Positions 38,288 through 45,173 of a stretch of DNA of 45,173 nt are shown here, in pieces. Position 1 is the stretch's first letter. Each line of letters opens with the position of its first letter. The DNA is from an uncultured Algisphaera sp. (lineage in GTDB: Bacteria > Planctomycetota > Phycisphaerae > Phycisphaerales > Phycisphaeraceae): contig CALLPP010000019.1 of NCBI GenBank assembly GCA_938015655.1, positions 1 to 45,173 on the forward strand, written 5' to 3'. Both the position numbers and the translations under genes were made by a program. Below the pieces are notes generated by a model. The model saw only the letters and a list, made by a program, of their open reading frames with translations. It was not told the origin of the DNA and ran no database searches.

Positions 38288-39220
38288 ATGCGGACAATTC
38301 CCCCCCGCTACCGTCGTACGCTCGCCGTCCTCGCTCTTACCTCGGCGATACCGCTGGCCTCCGCTCAGGCCGGCGGGCTCGGAGGAGAAGCATCGCGCTT
38401 CCAAATTTTCAGCATCGGTGACCTGCAAGTGACCAACTCGTCTCCGAACGGGGCGGTGGCGACCGGCGGCAACCTGGTGGCATCGGGCTGCTCGATTGGC
38501 TCGGGACTCAACCCGCAGCGCGACTCGGTCATCGTGGCCGCGGGCGACGTCACGCTTTCCAACGGTTCCTACCAGAACGGCAACATCGTGGTGGGCGGCA
38601 CGCCGAACATCGCCCCCAGCGCGGGGCTTCGTAACGCCCGGGTGGTGCAGCTACAAACCTCGATCGATTTTGTGGATGCACAAGACGAATATTCGCGGCT
38701 AAGCCAGCGGTTGGCGGGGTTCAAGGCCACGGGCGAGACGTTCGTCTACCCGTTCCGGGCGATCGAATTACGCGGGCTGGAGGACGGGCTGAATGTTTTT
38801 AACATTACCGAATTGCAGTACGAGCGGAGCAACGGGATCGTGGTGCCCGATTTTGATCCTGACGTCCACACGGTGGTCATCAACGTCGCCGGAAAAAACG
38901 TGCGCCGCGGCAGCAACGGCAGCCTGTTTGTGGGGCGGTTAAACAGCCGCATCACCTATCAGAGCCTGGCCAACCGCAACGACTTCAGCCGCCACCAACG
39001 GCTGCTGTGGAACTTTCATGAGGCCTCCGACCTGATCAGCAACGGTTCGATCCACGGTGCCATTTTGGCCCCCCGGGCCCATCTGACCCACCAAAACGGC
39101 CAGCTTGTGGGGCAGGTGATCGCCGGCGAAATCGACCTGCGTAACGCCGCCCGCATCGCCACGACGCCCTTCCTCGGCGACCTGGCCCCCCCACCGGCCA
39201 GCGAAATCTCTTTCGATTGA
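38288..39220 (+). CDS. Secreted choice-of-anchor A-like beta-solenoid protein
   Basis: Signal peptide, GAVATGGN, LNVFNI, TVVINV.G, LLWNFHEA and GAILAPRA...NGQLVGQVIA. Confidence 0.7.
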   Translation: MRTIPPRYRRTLAVLALTSAIPLASAQAGGLGGEASRFQIFSIGDLQVTNSSPNGAVATGGNLVASGCSIGSGLNPQRDSVIVAAGDVTLSNGSYQNGNIVVGGTPNIAPSAGLRNARVVQLQTSIDFVDAQDEYSRLSQRLAGFKATGETFVYPFRAIELRGLEDGLNVFNITELQYERSNGIVVPDFDPDVHTVVINVAGKNVRRGSNGSLFVGRLNSRITYQSLANRNDFSRHQRLLWNFHEASDLISNGSIHGAILAPRAHLTHQNGQLVGQVIAGEIDLRNAARIATTPFLGDLAPPPASEISFD

Positions 39221-39323
39221 TTGAAATACCACCGCGTCACGCCCCGGCAGCCGCATCGCGGTTGCCGGGGCGTTCTTGTTTAATTTGTTTAGTGGATCGC
39301 CTTGGGGCAGGTAGCATGAAACG

Positions 39324-40124
39324 ATGCGGTTCTCTGTTTCGCGGCGTCAGAAAGGTTTCACCGTCATCGAATTGCTGGTGGTCCTGGGGATTGCGGCGGT
39401 GCTGGTCGGTCTTCTGTTTCCGGTGTTAGGCCGGGCTCGGTCGGCGGCCAAAGCCCACGTGTGCCGCGCCAACATGCGTGCGCTGGCGCAGGCCACCACC
39501 AACTACACGCTGGATTACGACCTGACCTACCCCCAAGCGACCCAAGACAGCGCCCTGACCGCGGCCCGGGGCGCCGCCGCCGCGGGCTCGGCGCTTTGGT
39601 ACAACGCGCTGGACGCTTACTTGGGCCAGCAGGGCCGGGACTATTCGGCCGGCGACGTAGACGAACGGAATTATGTTTTGCTGAAACAAGATCCGGCCTG
39701 GTTCGAACTAGAAGACCGCGCTCCCCAGGGATCCGCAGACCGCGTGCGCCAGAACACCCACACCATCAAGATGAACGCGAATTTCGGTGCCCCGGGGGCG
39801 GGGTTCGCGTTTGTTCGCTCCACCGACCGCGACTTGGTGGCTCCGTCGCAGACGGCCTTGTTCGTGGACGGCAGGGGGCACGACACGCCTTCGGTCACCA
39901 CCGGGAGCACGGCCGGGGCGAACGATTTTGCCGCGTCTCCCGGGCGGGTGGGGCTCCGTCACGGCGGCGGAGCTAACCTGGCCCGGGTCGATGGGTCCGC
40001 GACCCTGGAAGACAATCCGGTCAATCTGACCACAGCGGGCTTCCGCGCGTGGCACAGCGACGGCTCGGGGTCCTCTCGGAATTGGCCCGAAAGCATTTTT
40101 AATTTCCGCCAGCGTCGCCGTTGA
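39324..40124 (+). CDS. Prepilin-type N-terminal cleavage/methylation protein with H-X9-DG motif
   Basis: KG|FTVIELLVVLGIAAVLVGLLFP, ARSAAKAHVC and RH-GGGANLARV-DG. Confidence 0.88.
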   Translation: MRFSVSRRQKGFTVIELLVVLGIAAVLVGLLFPVLGRARSAAKAHVCRANMRALAQATTNYTLDYDLTYPQATQDSALTAARGAAAAGSALWYNALDAYLGQQGRDYSAGDVDERNYVLLKQDPAWFELEDRAPQGSADRVRQNTHTIKMNANFGAPGAGFAFVRSTDRDLVAPSQTALFVDGRGHDTPSVTTGSTAGANDFAASPGRVGLRHGGGANLARVDGSATLEDNPVNLTTAGFRAWHSDGSGSSRNWPESIFNFRQRRR

Positions 40125-40138
40125 CATCGACCCCGGGC

Positions 40139-40759
40139 TTACAGCGTGCCTTTGGTGCTGGGCACCTCGTCGTGGGTCACCCGCACCGCGTCGCGCAGGG
40201 CTCGGCCGAAGGCCTTGAAGACACCTTCGGCGATGTGGTGGTTGTTGTCGCCCCAGGGCACGTCGATATGCAGGTTCATTTTCGCGTGGTTCACCACGGC
40301 GTTGAAAAACTCTTTGACCAGCTGAACGTCAAAGACTCCGAGGGTTTCGCCGACAATCGCAGGCGGGTCAATGCCGTAGCCCACCCAGTCCACTTTGAAA
40401 ACGTAGGCGGGCCGGCCCGAGAGGTCGAGCGCGACCCGAGCGAGCGTCTCGTCCATGGGCACGGCCGCGTCGCCGTAGCGCTCGATGCCGCGCTTATCGC
40501 CGAGCGCCTGGACCAGCGCTTCGCCCAGAGCGATGCCCACGTCTTCAACAGTGTGGTGGTCGTCGATGTGGGTGTCGCCGTCGCACGCGACCCGGAGGGC
40601 CAGGCGGCCGTGCTTGGCCACGTGGGTGAGCATGTGGTCGAAAAAACCCACGCCCGTGGCGATGTCCGCCGGGTCGCCGGGTCGGTCCAGGTCGAGGGCG
40701 AGGGTGATCTTGGTCTCGCTGGTGTTGCGAGTGATGCTGGCGGTGCGTGGCGTGGGCAT
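40139..40759 (-). CDS. hisB: Imidazoleglycerol-phosphate dehydratase
   Basis: RNTSETKI, FFDHML, DDHHTVEDVGI, PMDETL, NNHHIAE and PSTKG. Confidence 0.97.
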   Translation of the reverse strand: MPTPRTASITRNTSETKITLALDLDRPGDPADIATGVGFFDHMLTHVAKHGRLALRVACDGDTHIDDHHTVEDVGIALGEALVQALGDKRGIERYGDAAVPMDETLARVALDLSGRPAYVFKVDWVGYGIDPPAIVGETLGVFDVQLVKEFFNAVVNHAKMNLHIDVPWGDNNHHIAEGVFKAFGRALRDAVRVTHDEVPSTKGTL

Positions 40760-40810
40760 GGTGGGAGGTGGTGGGGATATGGGAGAGGCGGACGCCTGCT
40801 GGATGGAGCC

Positions 40811-41962
40811 CTACGCCGGGGCGTGCCGAACCACGTCGAATTCCAATCGGTCGAGCACGGCGAGCACCGCATCGTTCTGTTCGGCAGTACCCACGGTAAT
40901 GCGCAGGCGGTCGGCAAGGCGTGGGGTGTTGAAGTGACGGATGAGGATGCCTGCGTCCTTGAGGGACTGGTAATAGGTCTCGGCGGTGGGCGCGTGGGCG
41001 TCGCCCGTGGGCACGCGCACCAGCACAAAATTGGTATGGCTGTCGGGGACCTGAAATCCCCGGGCCCGCAGGGCCTCGACAAGGCGTTGGCGCTCGTCGC
41101 GGGTGGCCTGCCACCGTCCGCGGGCGTAGGCCTGGTCGCCCAGCGCGGCGGTGGCGGCGGCCTGGGCCAGGATGTCGAGGTTATAGCTGTCGCGGGCCTT
41201 GTCCAGCGTGGCGATCAATTCCGCCGAGGCCAGGCCGTACCCAAACCGCAGCCCCGCGAGCGCGTAGCCCTTGCTGAGGCTGCGGAGCACGATCACATTG
41301 TCCAGGCCCTCGTCGATCAGCGCCAGCCCCCCGCGGTACGCCTCGGGAGCAAAGTCAATGTACGCCTCGTCGATCACCAGTAAGCCGTCGAACGAGCGGG
41401 CCAGGGCCCGCAGCGTGTCCACGCTTTCCAGCCCACCCGACGGGGCGTGGGGGTTGACCAAAAACGCCAGGCGGCAGCCCGCGGCGTTGAGCTGCTGGGC
41501 GTAGTCATCAGGCAGTGGAAAGCCGCCGTCCGCCCCGTCACCCCGCGGCACCCGGAGGACCGGAGTGTCGTGGATTTCGGCCAAGACCTGATACAGGCTG
41601 TAGCTGGGGTCGGTCATGCCCAACCCACCAGCGAACGCCCGCCCACCGGTGGGCTGGCAGCAGACGGTGACCAGCAGCCGCAGCAGTTCGTCGCCGCCGT
41701 TGGTGGCGATGACCTGCTGCGGGGTCAGGCCGTGCAGCCCGGCAGCCGCGCGGCGGAACGGCGCCGCATCAGCCGGCGGGTACAGGCGCAGCCCTTCGGC
41801 TCCTACCCCGTGCACCGCGCTCAGCACCGCGGGGGACGGCGGGTAGGCGTTTTCGTTGGTGTTCAGCTTGATCACCCGCCCCGCCGCGGTCTGTTCAGCA
41901 GAGGGCTGTTCGCCGGGCACATAGGCGTGCAAAGACCGGATGTTGTCGCGTTCCCAGGGCAT
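40811..41962 (-). CDS. hisC: Histidinol-phosphate aminotransferase
   Basis: YVPGEQ, KLNTNEN, NGGDE, DEAY, RSLSKGYALAGLRFG (PLP lysine) and LRITVGT. Adjacent to hisB. Confidence 0.94.
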   Translation of the reverse strand: MPWERDNIRSLHAYVPGEQPSAEQTAAGRVIKLNTNENAYPPSPAVLSAVHGVGAEGLRLYPPADAAPFRRAAAGLHGLTPQQVIATNGGDELLRLLVTVCCQPTGGRAFAGGLGMTDPSYSLYQVLAEIHDTPVLRVPRGDGADGGFPLPDDYAQQLNAAGCRLAFLVNPHAPSGGLESVDTLRALARSFDGLLVIDEAYIDFAPEAYRGGLALIDEGLDNVIVLRSLSKGYALAGLRFGYGLASAELIATLDKARDSYNLDILAQAAATAALGDQAYARGRWQATRDERQRLVEALRARGFQVPDSHTNFVLVRVPTGDAHAPTAETYYQSLKDAGILIRHFNTPRLADRLRITVGTAEQNDAVLAVLDRLEFDVVRHAPA

Positions 41963-42042
41963 ACGCTCGTTATCGTCGCAGCCCCGGCGTACGCGGTCAA
42001 AAAGCGGCGGCTAGCACGACCCCCGCCCGGTACACTCTGCGG

Positions 42043-43827
42043 ATGACCCGAGCCAGCGAGGGCAAAGCACCGGCGTCACGGAAAGCCGCCGTGGCGGCAG
42101 GCACCGCCGCGCTGCTGTGGATGTCCGCCGCGGCGGCCACACCCCAGGCGGAAAAGAGCACCCCCACCCGCAGACCGGTGCCCGGGCATCTGGCCCCCGG
42201 GGCGATGCCCGCGCCAGGCACGGCCCACCCGAACCGCCCGCCGCGGATCGACCACGACCCCGACGACACCGAGGCAGCCCGAGCCCTGCTGCGTGAAGCC
42301 GTGGTCGTGGGCCCCCAGGGCCGTCACCACCGCTTGCTGCGGGCGCTGCGTTTTCTGGAAGACCCAGCGCTTGCCCCCCTGTTCAGCCGCCTGCGCGACA
42401 ACGATCACGCGGCCCTGCGGGTCCACGGGCTTTTGGGATCCGCCGAGTTGGCCAGCCCCCGCGGCGTGACCACCGAAGACCTGGTCGATTTGGAACGCGA
42501 CGACCAGCGGGCCGAGGTGGTCCGCGCGGCGCTGGACGGCGGCCTACTGAACGAAGCGACCCGCGACCGGCTCTTGGCCTGGCCGGGCCTAACCCACGCG
42601 GTCAAATTACAACTCGCCACATCGCGGGTCGCGGCGGGGCGGGTCGCCTTCGAATCACCGGCCCACGCGGCCACGCTGGCAGCCCTGGGGCACTTCGAAC
42701 CGACGGCCCGCGTGCCCGACCACGCGGGACCTGCCCCGCCCGACAACCCGTGGGAGCGACGCGGTCTGGCCGCCTTGCTGCTGCACCAGATAGGCGACGC
42801 CCGCGGCACGCAAGAGTTGATCGCCCTTAACAACGCCGACACCCCCCACCGCGATACGGTGCGGGCCACGCTGCTGGACACCGCACGCCGCCACAGGCTA
42901 CACCGCGCGGGGCCCTGGGCGTACAGCATCGCCTCGGAACCGGACTTGCCCCCGCGCCTCGAAGCCTTGGCCCTGGAGGTTGCCGCGGGCTTCGGTGACC
43001 CGCGGGCCCACCGACACTGGGCCCAGCAGTTTGGCTTCGCTCACCAAGACCTCTCGGCCCGAACCCGCCTGGCCCTGGCCGGGCTGCGTTTTGCGACGGC
43101 GGCCGAGCCCGAGCTGTTCAATGTGGTGGCGGTCGATAGCGACCCTTTCGTGGCCACCGTGGGACGAACCGCCCGTGCGCTGGCCGGCGCGGCCCCGGAC
43201 TTCGCAGCCGCCGCCCCCGGGACATCAACCAAAGACCTGATCGCTACCCTCCACAACCTGCACGCCACCCACCATCCCCTGGCCCACGCTTGGCTCGCCA
43301 GCTTCGCCACCGACCCCGCCACGCCCGACCGAATCGCTGAGACGACCGCCCACAAGCTTGTCACGGGTTTCCGCCCAGGCCAGGCCACAGGCCGATCCCG
43401 TCGGCTACAGGCGGTGTGTGACGCGGTGGAAACCCTCTTGCGACGTGCTCCAGACACCGTAGCCACCGACCTGCCCGACGTACTGGCCCACGCCGACCCC
43501 GCGTGGTCGCAAGCCTTGCTGCTGGGGCTGGTGCGCAGCCGCATCCCCACCGCGGCGACCATCGGCCGCGGGCTCAGCACCCCTCGCGACCCCGGCGCCC
43601 AAGCCCTGATCCTGGTGTTGCGGCTACGCAGCGGTGGTACGGTGGCCCCGGAACTCCGCCCGGTCCTCACCCAGGTGTTGCAAGGGCGCACCACCCTGGA
43701 CGACGAGCTGCGAGTGCAGGCCGCGTGGGCTTATCTCAAACGCACAGGCGAGGCGCGCGCCCTGCTGCTTTTCCCCCGCGCTGCACTCACCGCCGACGCG
43801 GTGGCCCGCACCCCCAATTCTCCTTAG
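42043..43827 (+). CDS. Hypothetical alpha-helical protein with possible N-terminal signal peptide
   Basis: Long ORF with coding-like codon use, filling the gap between hisC and the DegT gene. TACACT lies 6 nt before the ATG. Confidence 0.6.
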   Translation: MTRASEGKAPASRKAAVAAGTAALLWMSAAAATPQAEKSTPTRRPVPGHLAPGAMPAPGTAHPNRPPRIDHDPDDTEAARALLREAVVVGPQGRHHRLLRALRFLEDPALAPLFSRLRDNDHAALRVHGLLGSAELASPRGVTTEDLVDLERDDQRAEVVRAALDGGLLNEATRDRLLAWPGLTHAVKLQLATSRVAAGRVAFESPAHAATLAALGHFEPTARVPDHAGPAPPDNPWERRGLAALLLHQIGDARGTQELIALNNADTPHRDTVRATLLDTARRHRLHRAGPWAYSIASEPDLPPRLEALALEVAAGFGDPRAHRHWAQQFGFAHQDLSARTRLALAGLRFATAAEPELFNVVAVDSDPFVATVGRTARALAGAAPDFAAAAPGTSTKDLIATLHNLHATHHPLAHAWLASFATDPATPDRIAETTAHKLVTGFRPGQATGRSRRLQAVCDAVETLLRRAPDTVATDLPDVLAHADPAWSQALLLGLVRSRIPTAATIGRGLSTPRDPGAQALILVLRLRSGGTVAPELRPVLTQVLQGRTTLDDELRVQAAWAYLKRTGEARALLLFPRAALTADAVARTPNSP

Positions 43828-43842
43828 CGCCCCTCCCGCCCC

Positions 43843-45015
43843 ATGTCACACATCCCCCTCAGCCAGCCGGACATCACCGACCGCGAGATCGACGCGGTCG
43901 TCGCCACACTCCGCAGCGGCCGGCTCAGCATCGGCCCCGAACAAGAAGCCTTCGAACACGCCGTGGCCAACGCCAGCGGACGCACCCAGGGCGTGGCGGT
44001 CAGCTCGGGCACCGCGGGCTTGCACGCGGTGTTGCTGGCCCTGGGCGTGGGCCCAGGCGACGAGGTCATCACCACGCCCTTCAGCTTCATCGCCTCAGCC
44101 AACTGCATCCTTATGGCGGGCGCCACGCCGGTGTTTGTGGACATCTGCCCCAAGAGCCTGAACATGGACCCGGCCCGCACCGAGGCCGCGATCACCGCGA
44201 AGACCAAGGCCATCGTCGCGGTGGAGGTCTTCGGTAACACCACACACCTGCGCGAGCTGGAGCGCATCGCCCAGCGGCACGAGGTCGCCCTGGTGGAAGA
44301 CTGCTGCGAAGCCCTGGGCGGCGTCACCGCCTGCGGGCGCCGGGCCGGATCGTTTGGCCGGGCCAGCGTGTTCGGTTTCTACCCCAACAAGCAGATCACC
44401 ACCGGCGAAGGCGGCATGATCGTCACCGACGATCACGCCCTGGCTGACCGCTGCCGCAGCCTGCGCAACCAAGGCCGCACGCCCCAAGCCCACCACGGGG
44501 CCGACCGCGCGGCGGGATCCTGGCTGGCCCACCAACAGCTGGGTTACAACTACCGCATGTCCGAAATCACCGCGGCCCTGGGCAACGCGCAGATGGCCCG
44601 GTTGCCCCAGATGCTCGACGCCCGCCGGCGCGTCGCAGGCGACTACATGCGGCAGCTCATGGACTGCGACGACCTGGTGCTGCCCACCGTCGAAGCAGAG
44701 ACCGACGCCACCATGTCCTGGTTTGTGTTCGTGGTGCGGCTGGGCGCCGACTACGGCCGGGTCGAACGCGACCGCATCATCGACGGCATGAAGCGGCACG
44801 AGATCGGCGCCAGCAACTACTTCCCCTGCATCCACCTGCAGCCGTTCTACCAAGAGCGTTTCGGCTTCAAAAAAGGCGACTTCCCCATCGCTGAACGCAT
44901 CAGCGAACGCACCCTGGCTCTGCCGTTTTATAATCTCCTGGACGAGCGCTCGATCGAGCTGATTTGCCGCACCCTGCGGCTAATGGTCGATCGCGAGCGT
45001 CTGCTGAAACGGTGA
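43843..45015 (+). CDS. DegT/DnrJ/EryC1/StrS family aminotransferase
   Basis: VSSGTAGLH, GDEVITTPFSF, EDCCEALG, FYPNKQITTGEGG and GYNYRM. Confidence 0.93.
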   Translation: MSHIPLSQPDITDREIDAVVATLRSGRLSIGPEQEAFEHAVANASGRTQGVAVSSGTAGLHAVLLALGVGPGDEVITTPFSFIASANCILMAGATPVFVDICPKSLNMDPARTEAAITAKTKAIVAVEVFGNTTHLRELERIAQRHEVALVEDCCEALGGVTACGRRAGSFGRASVFGFYPNKQITTGEGGMIVTDDHALADRCRSLRNQGRTPQAHHGADRAAGSWLAHQQLGYNYRMSEITAALGNAQMARLPQMLDARRRVAGDYMRQLMDCDDLVLPTVEAETDATMSWFVFVVRLGADYGRVERDRIIDGMKRHEIGASNYFPCIHLQPFYQERFGFKKGDFPIAERISERTLALPFYNLLDERSIELICRTLRLMVDRERLLKR

Positions 45016-45173
45016 GGCGGGGCGAGGCGGGGCGAAATCGAAGAACGAAATACGAATAAGAAGAACCGACTCGGGCTTCAAGCGGGTATTTTTCACGGGC
45101 GCCGCACCACCTCCGCGGTCTGCGTATTTCTCTCACCCACCCAACCCCTGCGCCCCTGGGGAGGGCGAGGCTC

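Noticed and set aside
40121-41383. 420-aa plus-strand ORF
   Set aside because: Antisense to the well-supported hisB and hisC.
962-41962. Dispersal of trpC, trpA and hisBC outside full operons
   Set aside because: Scattered biosynthetic genes are ordinary in planctomycetes.
45016-45173. GGCGGGGCGA duplication and a C-rich/G-rich hairpin at the window end
   Set aside because: Too short and truncated to call as a REP, terminator or CRISPR repeat.
1-45173. CRISPR array, transposase, integrase, prophage or rRNA
   Set aside because: No regularly spaced repeats or diagnostic protein or RNA motifs were seen.

Overview
High-GC bacterial DNA. The gene content (H-X9-DG prepilin-like proteins, a PEP-CTERM protein, a HEAT-repeat protein, scattered trp/his genes) suggests a planctomycete, probably Phycisphaerae (inference). 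Housekeeping genes: trpC, trpA, hisB, hisC, type II NADH dehydrogenase, dps, family 4 UDG, HIT protein, DegT aminotransferase, GH16, GH57 and a GH10-like protein. Three blocks stand out. (1) A metal-homeostasis locus: a P1B ATPase, then a compact operon at 7399-11023. It encodes a Fur/Zur regulator with a perfect palindromic operator over its own promoter, a translationally coupled DUF2946-like protein with CxxC and a C-terminal RGPP ribosome-arrest-type motif, an N-methylated prepilin-like H-X9-DG protein, a PEP-CTERM surface protein and a His-rich ZIP transporter. This is the best candidate for an undescribed system: a metal-sensing, stalling-controlled uptake module without a TonB-dependent receptor. 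(2) A P-loop ATPase plus TPR gene pair inserted inside that locus, with an apparent 1-nt frameshift near the ATPase start. (3) A type IV pilus/T2SS-like cluster: pilB with an MshEN-like N-terminus, pilC, four long pilin-like proteins and a 1166-aa PilX-like protein. Several genes look leaderless (TAnnnT 6-7 nt before ATG). No rRNA, tRNA, CRISPR array or transposase was recognised. All family calls are motif recognition by eye; no database search was run.
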